Part shown: in pieces, positions 10,249 through 20,100 of the stretch
How positions within the stretch are numbered: position 1 is the stretch's first letter
How the letters are laid out: each line of letters begins with the position of its first letter
NCBI GenBank assembly: GCA_008690995.1
Contig: VRMN01000001.1
Location: 558,001 to 622,000, forward strand
Origin: Porphyridium purpureum
Taxonomy: Eukaryota
DNA length: 64,000 nucleotides
Direction: 5' to 3'
Notes under the pieces: model-generated
Databases searched by the model: none
The model's input: only the letters and a program-made list of their open reading frames with translations
Told to the model about the DNA's origin: nothing
Program-made: the position numbers and the translations under genes

Positions 10249-10370
10249 GCCCCTGTGGCGCAGTGGTATGACGCAAACCTTTTGGAACGCCTGAGGGTTT
10301 ACGGTCTTGGTCGCTCTAGCGCAGCAGCTTTACACGCTGAAGGTCATGGGATCGAAACCCATCAGGAGTA
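10249..10370 (+). tRNA. tRNA-Val(UAC) with a 50-nt D-loop intron (10268-10317, position 20/21); mature length 72 nt
   Basis: Acceptor GCCCCTG/CAGGAGT+A73; D-stem GCGC/GCGC; spliced D-loop AGTGGTA; anticodon arm GCAGC-TTTACAC-GCTGA (TAC at 10331-10333); variable loop AGGTC; T-arm ATGGG-ATCGAAA-CCCAT. AT-rich upstream flank and downstream T-runs at about 10415-10428. Confidence 0.88.
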
Positions 10371-10414
10371 TGCTTGTTGAAAATGACACCACGCGCACGT
10401 TGGGACTGTGAAAA

Positions 10415-10428
10415 TTTTAATTTTTTTT
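10415..10428 (+). terminator. Probable RNA polymerase III oligo(dT) terminator for the tRNA
   Basis: ttttaatttttttt about 45 nt downstream of the tRNA 3' end. Confidence 0.5.
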
Positions 10429-10717
10429 GGCGTTTGGGAGGAGAAAAAGATAATTTTTTGCGCCGTCGTGCGGGGAGAACTGGGAAAGGTTCGACAGCTT
10501 GAGAATATTGATCGCTCGGTGACTGGACAGCGACGTGTCGTGGTGCACACGCGTGGTGTGGCATGTCGTGGCGCTCGGCGTCGCGGCATCAGTGCGTGTG
10601 GGTGGTTCGGGGATACATACAATTTGGTGCGCGGTCTCCTCTGTCTCAACGCTGTGCAGAGGCTGTTCAGTAAGGACGAGCGTCGTGCGGTGGCGCGGGC
10701 TGGCCAAGGGTCGTGGT

Positions 10718-12691
10718 ATGCGTGGCGGCTGTGGCTGCGTATGGAACGTAAAGAGAGGAGCGTGGCGCGCGTTCGGTGTGGTGGCTGCGGCGGCGGCGCC
10801 GCCGACAGCTTCGGCGGCGTATTCGGCGACCGCGCCGACGACGCGCACGACGGCGGTACACGGCGTCGCCGCTTCGACACGTTCTCATGCGCAGGCTCGT
10901 GTTGGCGCGGCATCCGCCGCGCCGTACACGCAACAGGAGTTCGAGCATGCCATGGTGCGCTTGGACCGCAGAGCACTGCGAGGTCGTCGCAAGGTGGCCG
11001 TTGCTGTGTTGGGAGACGCGCCGTCGGTGGCCATGGCAATGCTGGCGCACCGCATGTGTGCAGCAAGCGGCGCGCCGCCGCCCGTCGCGCTCATTGCGCA
11101 TGCAGGGATCGCCCTGTACGAGCCGCGCGACAACCTGGTCGGTGAGCGCAAGAGGCGTCTGTACATTGACCGCGTTGAAGCATCGCTCGTCGCGGCCAAC
11201 ATCCATGTGCATCGCTTCAGCATACGCAAACATCCTGGCGCTGCGCCGGGATTTGCGCTTGAGCAAGTGTATGCGGCCGAGGCGTATCGGCTCGGCTGCA
11301 GTCGCATCTTGTTCGCCAAGACGGCAGACCGATTTGCGCTGCATTTGCTGCGGCGCTACGCCGACTTCAATCCAGACCTGCGCGACCTCGCGGAGTACCT
11401 CAGTCCAAGCGGCCGCGTTTTGACGGCGCTCGACGAGACGGTCATCGATAAGATGTACCCTTTCTTCGAGGAATGGAACCTCACCTCGCGGTACCCGCAC
11501 ATGTGGAGCCCGCGCGCGCCGTCCCGTTTCGAGTTGTTCTGTGAAAGAGAGGGGCTTTTTTACCACGAGCATGCGAATCTCGTCGACTCTGATTACCTGT
11601 CCGAGCTAGTGGTGCGCGACATCCTAGAGCGCCATTCGCAACATGCCATGGAGCGCACGGTCCAAGCTGCGTGGATCATTCTCAAACACGTGCAGCGAAT
11701 CGAAACTGCCATGCAGACAATGACACGCGACGCCCTAGCGCGTTCCGTGCTTCATACGGATGTGGCAGGCTTCTTTGTGGTAGACGCGAGGTACTTCACG
11801 AGCCGACTGGCCCGCGATCCGGTTCGAGCAGAACACTTGCGCAGAGCATTTGTCACGCCTCGAAACTTTAACGCGCCGTTACGAACGATGGCGATTCGCA
11901 TGCTCACTGATCTCATCCGCACAGTCTCACCCAAAATGTACCCAGTGAAGACGTCCAAGGTCTCTCTGCTGTACGAGTTTCTGTATGAAGGCAAGGCCGG
12001 GACGCGGAACAAGGCCCTGGACGGCAAGGAGCGCAACACTCTCATTGGAAATGCGCGAGTTATCCGACGCTACCGGCCAAACGGTGAAAGATCCGGTAGC
12101 GTGCCATTCGTCATGGCGGACGGCAAAGTCGCGAGCATCCACGACTTACTTATTTGTAGAACGAAACCGTCGATGCACGAGATGAAGCAAAGCGCAAAAC
12201 TTATTGCAGTCAATGACGTTCGCTCATGGGACAATCGCTTTGTTGTGGGCGTGCGCGAGTGCGGCGCGATGCCATTCGCTCCGCACGAGACGGCAGCGGC
12301 CGTCGCGGCACGGTACCTCCAAGCCGACTGGGGTGGCGACCGCAGCAGAGAACTCACTTTCGAGAACGAGGTGGCGCGTGTTCAGCCTGCGCTTGACGCC
12401 AACGAACGCGTGTATCTGGTTCGTTTCTGCATCGATCGGGATCTCCGGGAGCTAGCCAGGCTTGCGCCAGGCTGCCTAAAGTCAAAAATACCGCGCTATG
12501 TGCGGTACACTCTCCCGGTGTTTGTCGAGTACCAAGGATCAGGCTTGAAGTATGGAAGACTGGCCGCTATTCCGCACCTCGGGTACCGCGCAGACCCTGA
12601 AATGGTGTTCTGCTGCTATTCTTACCCTTGGTTTTCGGCAATGCCTCAGGACGCGCTGTTCCCACAACTTCACAATGACGACGACTTGTAG
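10718..12691 (+). CDS. Degenerate TilS (tRNA-Ile lysidine synthase)/PP-loop-like protein with probable organellar presequence
   Basis: KVAVAVLGDAPSVAMAMLA resembles the AVSGGxDS PP-loop; ILFAKTADRFALHLLRR resembles the AHxxDDQAET motif; C-terminal WDNRF, RYTLPVF and AIPHLGY resemble alphaproteobacterial/plant TilS tails. Ala/Arg/Thr-rich N-terminus. Confidence 0.55.
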   Translation: MRGGCGCVWNVKRGAWRAFGVVAAAAAPPTASAAYSATAPTTRTTAVHGVAASTRSHAQARVGAASAAPYTQQEFEHAMVRLDRRALRGRRKVAVAVLGDAPSVAMAMLAHRMCAASGAPPPVALIAHAGIALYEPRDNLVGERKRRLYIDRVEASLVAANIHVHRFSIRKHPGAAPGFALEQVYAAEAYRLGCSRILFAKTADRFALHLLRRYADFNPDLRDLAEYLSPSGRVLTALDETVIDKMYPFFEEWNLTSRYPHMWSPRAPSRFELFCEREGLFYHEHANLVDSDYLSELVVRDILERHSQHAMERTVQAAWIILKHVQRIETAMQTMTRDALARSVLHTDVAGFFVVDARYFTSRLARDPVRAEHLRRAFVTPRNFNAPLRTMAIRMLTDLIRTVSPKMYPVKTSKVSLLYEFLYEGKAGTRNKALDGKERNTLIGNARVIRRYRPNGERSGSVPFVMADGKVASIHDLLICRTKPSMHEMKQSAKLIAVNDVRSWDNRFVVGVRECGAMPFAPHETAAAVAARYLQADWGGDRSRELTFENEVARVQPALDANERVYLVRFCIDRDLRELARLAPGCLKSKIPRYVRYTLPVFVEYQGSGLKYGRLAAIPHLGYRADPEMVFCCYSYPWFSAMPQDALFPQLHNDDDL

Positions 12692-12872
12692 CCGTCTGGT
12701 GAATCGACCTGACTGTGCAAGTGCGATGAATGAGACTCTCTGATTAGGATTCACTTTCTTTTCCTTTTATGATTTTGGACAACGGCGCATAGCTCAAGTC
12801 TGTGCTTGCTCGGCCTTTGTGTAGTAGTAAGTGTACAAACGTAGATCTTTCTGTAAAATCATGGTTACATAA

Positions 12873-13886
12873 TTACCTCCTCCTCGGTGCGACCAAAGCT
12901 TCGGGCGGTCTTTCAACGGGTTGAACGATGCCAACGGTCGGCGCAAATACCCTTCGCCGCTTCCTTGCACCAACAAGCAGCGGCACATGAGCTGCTGCTG
13001 CATTGCCTGGACTTTCACTTTCAACTTCCGAATCAGACGACACCCCGTGTAAATGCTGACGCTGATGCTTCTGTATTTGCTTTTTCTTGCGTTTCTGAAG
13101 GTATTCCTTACGCTTCGGGCGTATTGTGCGATCAGCGCGGATACTTTCCAGCTCAGCCTGCTTCACTTGACGCTGAAGTCGCTCGTCAAACTCGTGCAGC
13201 GATTCGGAGGCGCCAATACGTACCGATTTGATGTTTCTTTCTCGAATTTCCTGATGAGCCTTTTCCTTTTCCTTTTCGGTCCGGATAGATGCATCGGATG
13301 CAAGCATTTTTGCCGTTCCTCGGTCAAGGTCTGGCACCCTACTGCTCATACTAAGATGGCCATTGCCGCCTTCACGGTCAGCCGGAGTATTCGTGTTGGG
13401 TCTGCGCTGACTCTGGTTGTTCGATACAAAGTCTGCGTCCTTATCGTGCTGCTTTGCCCACTGAGCTAACTCCATTAAGCGCTGCATCTTGCGCGGCATT
13501 TTTTCAGCGCTGATGTCAAGCCGCCGCGGGTCAAGCTGCTCAACGGGCACCTTCCCGTACACGATGCCCTTGCCGCGACCGTTCACAATATCCAAATCCA
13601 TATCCTGACCTTTCCTTCCCTTCGCGACATGCTGCCGCTTTCGCGCAAAGACAGCATGCTCGTGCTCATACTCGACTTCATTTTCGTCCCTGTCAGACGC
13701 GTCCGCGCCCTGCCCCTGTGGCACTGTGGGTGTCGAGCCGTCACGTCGAGTGTTGCGTGGGTCGCGCGTCTGCCAGTCGGGTTTCCCTCGCTCTCCCCCC
13801 TTTCTATGCGACTTGTTGAGCCCAGACTTCTTGTTCTTCTTGATTCGTCCGCCGCGCGGAAGCCGCCGGTTCACCTTTTTGGGCAT
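12873..13886 (-). CDS. Basic coiled-coil, probably nucleolar protein, CCDC137-like
   Basis: Lys/Arg-rich, with MPRKMQRLM, ESLHEFDERL, KRKEYLQKRKKK and C-terminal VGIVQPVERPPE. ATG at 13886. Confidence 0.55.
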   Translation of the reverse strand: MPKKVNRRLPRGGRIKKNKKSGLNKSHRKGGERGKPDWQTRDPRNTRRDGSTPTVPQGQGADASDRDENEVEYEHEHAVFARKRQHVAKGRKGQDMDLDIVNGRGKGIVYGKVPVEQLDPRRLDISAEKMPRKMQRLMELAQWAKQHDKDADFVSNNQSQRRPNTNTPADREGGNGHLSMSSRVPDLDRGTAKMLASDASIRTEKEKEKAHQEIRERNIKSVRIGASESLHEFDERLQRQVKQAELESIRADRTIRPKRKEYLQKRKKKQIQKHQRQHLHGVSSDSEVESESPGNAAAAHVPLLVGARKRRRVFAPTVGIVQPVERPPEALVAPRRR

Positions 13887-14190
13887 CGTGCCGCAGACAC
13901 TCACGGCGCAATCGCACCTTCGATACCTCTCTCCTTCGCCTTTGCGGTGTCCTTTCCCCTTCAGCGCCGCAGCACGACCACGCGCGCGCGCCGCACACCG
14001 CGCCGGTTCATTCCACCACTGTACTTTTTATTAGATAAAAACATGTGTTTTATGACCAGTACCGTAAACGGCTAATCGGTTAGTACAAGAACGAAACCGC
14101 TCAAGCGGGACAAAAGCGGCAGCCGAAATCGACGCCGGCGGTTATGGCATTGGTGCTGGTGGTGGTGGAGCTGGTGCATGCACGCGTATC

Positions 14191-17100
14191 ATGGACGACG
14201 CGGAGCCGGCAGTGGTCTCAGCACTGCGCGAGATATGGCGCGCAGCGAGTGTGCAGGATGTGACGGGTGTGAGCTGGGCGCGCGCTCGTGCGGAGGGCGC
14301 GCACAGCCGAGCGCAGATGGTGGCGTGGCTCGCGCAGCACGTGACGCAGGAGCTCGCCCAGGGCATTGTGCAGCAGCCCGACGCCCCGGTGGAAGAAAAC
14401 CAGAACACGCATGCAGTCCTGCTGGTGCGTAGGTTGTATGAGGTGCTGTGCCACCTGCGCGAAATGGAGATTCTGGCGCTGTGTGCGCACATTCAACAAT
14501 TCGCTCGCGTAGCATTGGTGCGAAGCTCAGTGGCTTCGAGCCATGCGGTTGCTCCTTTGGATGCGTCATCATTTCCTCTTTGGAGACACGTGTGGGCTAT
14601 TCTCGCGCGAGCAGGTGCCGTGCTATCAGGTCTGCCCGCATTCGGCGCCATGGTGCTTGATTTGCTGAGTGTGTTGCACAGAAATAATACTGACTTGGAT
14701 ATTCTGCGCTGCATTGGATTCAGAGAATGCGCGCTACTCGCATTTTCATGCGGCGCGAGGCTGCGCCATCGGCTGCCGTGCGACCTCTTACTTCTCTCCG
14801 CGTCGACTTTCCAGTCGCACGCGCTACACGATCACGCAGCGAACTCGGAGAAAGCGTATTCGCGCATAGCGCTTGGATACATTTGGGGGAATGGCGCCAT
14901 CATGCCAGGATGCCTCGATTCAGACCTTGAACTGGAATCCGTCCACGGTGATTTGGACCCGTGGACGGAATTCTCAGAGGCGGAGAAGTGCCGCGGAACG
15001 GTGCTGGGTCCTCATCCAGACAGTGCGGAAAGCAGCAGCACAATTGATATTCAGCGAGTAGATAGCGATCATGCGTTCCATGAGGAAAGAGAAATCAGGG
15101 AAGCGTATCGGCTTGGCGGGACTCTCGTGGTATCGCATGTGTCCATCCCGCTTCCTCTGCACGCCTTGGTGCTTCCCATGCACGAAGCTTTGCCGGGAGT
15201 GCGGAATGATTCCGGGTCACTTAGCGGCCGGCGTTCGGACGCAAACAAGGCTGCGGCGACTTCTGGTCGTCCCGCAGACACTTTTATTCTGACGGGAGAC
15301 TTTGAACGCGCACTGCAGGGCTTGGTTCAGGCGGCGAGTGTGGGGCGACCTACTTTGCTCTACGGGCCCGCAGGCAGCGGTAAGACTGCCCTGCTCCGGC
15401 ATCTGGATACAGCACGACAACGGCATGGCTTTGCGCCAATGATGAAGCTGCACGTGGACGGCATGTGGTACAATGAGGACGAGATGAAGGCGCTGCTTGG
15501 CGCAGTCGTCCCTGTGGGCGCTGGCAACTTTGAATGGCGCGCAGGCCCCATTGGGCAGGCTATCATGGACGGAAGAGGCTTGGTGCTCGAAGGTGTGAGC
15601 GGGGAGTCTGCGCTGGCGTCGCTCAGTGCGGGCACCCTTTTGTTCCAGCTCACGGAGCTTCGTCCTGGCGGAATGATAATGACCAGCGGCAACGGCGAGT
15701 GGATCACCGCGGCGCAAGGTTTCTTTCTTGTTGTTACGCAAACCATCTCCTCCAGTACTGGCGCAGATGTACTAGTACACAGTCGCCAGGGCAAGAATCA
15801 CACATCAGCGCACGCGCATGCGCTCGCCTACATGCACATGCACCCCATGGGTGGGCGAGTCAGCGCCTTCTCGTGGCTTCCAGTGCCACTTGCTGGCCTG
15901 AGCGACGAACAGACTCGCACGGTCTTGCTGGCGCGGTTCCCGGCACTCGAACCGGCGTTGGATCGTATTCTTGTCAGCGTGCACAATGTGCGAGCCGCAC
16001 TCTGTGGAGCAGCAGTGCGTCTGGAGCGAACAGGTTTGGACAGCTCGGTGCGCGTGCCGGGTATGCGAGAATTGGTGGCGTTGTGTGGCCGTATCGATGC
16101 TCTGCGCCTACAACAACGTCTCGAGCCAGAGCTCGCTGCATGTGAATCGGTGGATGTGCTTTCATGCTGGCCTCTTTCGCCCGAGCTCAGTACGCGCTTA
16201 GTCTCAGCTGTGTGTGACGCATGGAGCCTCCCGCCTGTATTTGCGCGGCAGATAAATTCAACATACAAGCCGTCCATTCTATGCGTGTGCAGTGCTGGTG
16301 GCTCCGGTCCAAGTCTGTATCCAGGTACAGAATCGGATCCGCTTCATGCAGTCGATTCGTCATCAGATCCGAAGCCGCGTTGGGACATGCATGTCGGGCG
16401 CGCGGTGTGCGCTCTTGGTGGCGCCGCACGCGAAGCAGCGGCCACCGCAGCAGCAGAGCTCGATGATGCACAAGCCGCTAGTCTCGGTGAGTGGCTGATG
16501 CTGCATGGAACCACCAAAGCCGGACCAGCTGGTACTGGGTTTTCGTGTACAAGCGCATCCTTGCGACTGCTCGAACGGCTGATGTGCTGCGTACAACACA
16601 AGGAGCCGGCCTTACTCGTGGGTGAGTCCGGCTGCGGCAAGACAACATCGGTCCAAGCGATGGCTCGGCTTTGTGGCGCCGAGCTGGTGGTGCTCAACAT
16701 GTCGCAAAAGACAGACGTTGCCGAATTGGTGGGTGGCTTTCGGCCGGTAGAGCCCGAGCGGGACGTCCACGAACTCGTTGTACTGGCGGAGCCGCTGCTT
16801 GCTGCGTCGCTCAGCGTGCACAAGAATGCCCGCTTTTTTGACGCACTGCGGAAAGCTGTGCGAAAAAAGCAATACGTGCGCGCGGTGCGTTTGCTACAGG
16901 GAGCGCTCGAGCAGCCTCAATTGCAGTCTCAGCTACGTGAATCGCAGGATCCGATCGTCCGACGCAGATTTGCAAGCATTCAGTCCGACTTGCAGGCGCT
17001 CGCGTACCACTTTGGTCCGCAGCTCCAATGGCAGCTGCAAATGGAAGAGCATGAGAAGGGCACTGGCAGCACGGAGGACGCAACCGATGAAAAGGATAGC

Positions 17101-20100
17101 GCACGTGTTGTGAAGCGGCGGCGTACATCAGAAAGCGAGTATCACCAGAGCTCGTCGGAGCGCCGGATTGTATTCAAGTATGCACGTGGCGTGCTTGTCG
17201 ATGCGATGCTGAGTGGCGCGTGGGTATTGCTGGACGAGATAAATCTGGCTTCGATGGAAATGCTGGAGAGCCTGATCGGTTTGCTGGATGAGGGTAGCGT
17301 GCTGCTTCCAGAAGGCGCAGCCACGGACGAGTATGGTAACATCACGGCGGTGCAAGGTCGTCATTCTCAGCGTGCAGGGCTCGCGGAAAAACGATGCGCC
17401 GTGCAAGCTCACCCCGACTTTCGCATTTTTGCAGCTATGAATCCTCCGCTGGACGTCGGTAAGAAGTCGCTTCCTGTCGCGCTGCGCTCGCGCTTCACGG
17501 AGTTCTACGTTCACGACGCCCTGGCGATGCATGATCTTGTGCTCTTTGTCCATGACAAGTACTTTGGGAAAGGCCACACTGAGTCCGGATCTCCTGTGGA
17601 GCGCCAGCAGCGCAAAACCCTCTGCGAGCACGTCGCGCGATTTTTTACGGAGGCACGGGAGCACGCATTGACGAAGCTTTTCAGTGCGGACGGCCGCGCG
17701 CCGCTCTTCAACCTTCGATCACTTTCGCGTGCGCTCGAGTTTGCGCGCGCTCTCATCACGCAAGCGCCGACCATAGCAATTGGCTTGCATGCTGCCGACC
17801 GCATCTTGCTGCACGAGGGCGTTCTCCTGTCGTTCGCGTCACCTCTCCCTCCGACGTCGCGTGAATGGGTGGTAGGATGTTCGACGAAATGGATTCTACT
17901 GGGAGGAGACGGACAAAAGGGGCAAGCTATTCTACGTCTTTCGTCTCGTCCGCTAGCCGGATGGCTACAGCCAAAGGCAGACTCTCGCCATGCATGCATC
18001 CAAGTAGAGGGATTCTGGCTGGACTGCTACACGTTGCCCGAGTCGCTTGATGCGCGTTCGATGTCCACAGACCTGAATACTTCGCGGAAGGAGCCGTTTG
18101 TTGTGACTCCGAGCGTGAGTCGGGTGCTAGGCGACGTGGCAAGGGCGCTGTGTGCAGGCACAGACCGTCTTCCAATCTTACTGCAGGGGCCGACGTCAGC
18201 TGGTAAGACGTCACTCGTGAGGCATCTTGCGACGCTAACGGGACACCGCCTGGTGCGAATCAACAATCACGAGCACACGGACATGTCTGAGTACATCGGA
18301 GGCTACGCGGCGTCGGCGAGCGGCTCCTTGGTTTTCCGCGAGGGTGCCCTACTGCGAGCGGCGCGCCGTGGTGATTGGGTTGTTCTCGATGAGCTCAACC
18401 TTGCGCCATCTGAAATTCTCGAGGCACTTAATCGCTTGTTGGACGATAATCGCGAGCTGCTTGTTCCGGAAACAGGCGAAATGGTGAAGGCACACCCGCG
18501 CTTCGCATTGTTTGCCACGCAGAACCCGCCGGGTCTGTACGGCGGACGAAAGCCTTTGAGCCGTGCGTTTCGCGCTCGTTTCATTGAATTGGAGGTTTTT
18601 GAGCTTCCACATTCAGAGCTTGAGCTCGTACTACAGCAGCGTGCGAATTTGCCGCGTTCATTTTGCGCAGCGATGGTTGCTGTTATGCAGCAATTGCAAC
18701 GCCGCAGGCAGACTTCGCAATTGTTCCAGGGTAAGGATGGCTTCATTACGCCGCGCGATCTATTTCGCTGGGCGAACCGCAGACCAGCATCAAAGCTCGA
18801 GCTGGCCATGCACGGGTTCTTTCTCCTGGCGGAGCGCGCACGCAGCGAATCCGAGCGAGCTCTTGTGCGTGAAGTGCTTGTTTCGACCATGCGAGTGGAT
18901 TCTGCGGATCTGTCAGACTCCGAGCTGTACCGGCTGCACGAGCCACAAGAACCTGACCTGCATGCGCAAGTTCGACCTTATTTAGACCGGCTGCGTGCAC
19001 TGTGCAACAGCATGGGTATTGCGCTTACGTTGCCGATGAGGCGCACGCTGGTGTTGCTCCTTTACGCCACGTTGAACGCTGAGCCAGTTCTATTGGTGGG
19101 CGAGACTGGTACGGGCAAGACAACGGCGTGCAAGTTGATCGCCACGCTGTTGGCACAGACGCGAAGCGAGGCAGATGCGCGACAGCACGACGCCTTGATC
19201 GAGCTGAACTGCCACAAGCACACGGAAGCTGCGGACTTTTTGGGCTGCTATCGCCCGAACAATGCGGCTGGAAGCCGTTCGGAGAGCAAGAGCTTGTTCG
19301 AATGGCACGACGGCGCATTGTTGCGAGCAATGAAGAGCGGCGCTCACTTATTGTTGGACGAGATCAACATGGCTGACGAAGCGGTCGTCGAACGAATGAA
19401 TTCTGTGTTGGAGCCGGGCCGCTCTATCATGGTAACCGAGATGGGAAGTGCTGTCGACACTGATGATGTTCTTGTGGCACATGAGGCTTTCCGCATTTAT
19501 GCCACAATGAATCCTGGTGGTGATTTTGGCAAAAAGGAGCTCTCTCCGGCGCTGCGCAATCGCCTTACCGAGATCTGGGTGGAGCCTGTGCGCTCCGAGC
19601 CCGAACTCGGTGAGATCGTTCGCGAGATTTTAGGCGCAGACAAGACCGACAGTCTGCTCGAAGTCGGAATGTGCATGGCTCGTGTCATGACGCGCATGTG
19701 GTCTCTATCGTCTTCCGCGCAGCTGCCGGAACATGAAGTTCATGCTTCAGAGGCCCGCCATTCAACGTGGGATGCTTCAGCGGCGCTCTTGTTGCCAGTG
19801 CTGACAACGCGCGACCTGCGTGCGTGGCTCGACTTTGTATCTTGTGCGGTTAAGCCGTGCCAGAATGAGAATGGGAGAGGGTTGGACGCTTGGAGCGCTT
19901 TTGCGCACGGCGCTTGTCTTGTGTTTATCGACGCGCTGGTGCCTACAGGAGTTTCACTTGGGGCTGCCAAGGCTCGATTTGCGGTACAACTCGCCTTGGA
20001 TTGTCTCATTGACTGCTTGCCAGCCACAGGTATGGGCGAACACATCCAAGAAAAAGTGCGCACAATTTGCTCACATTCGCTGGGTCCAGCCCTAAAGGAC

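Noticed and set aside
10266..10319. GTATGA...CTAG inside the tRNA looks like a spliceosomal GT-AG intron
   Set aside because: Removing it destroys G19 and the D-stem. BHB-type cuts 2 nt away give a canonical tRNA.
12794..12880. GTAATT at the end of the CCDC137-like ORF as a splice donor extending the protein
   Set aside because: No downstream exon can be supported from sequence alone.
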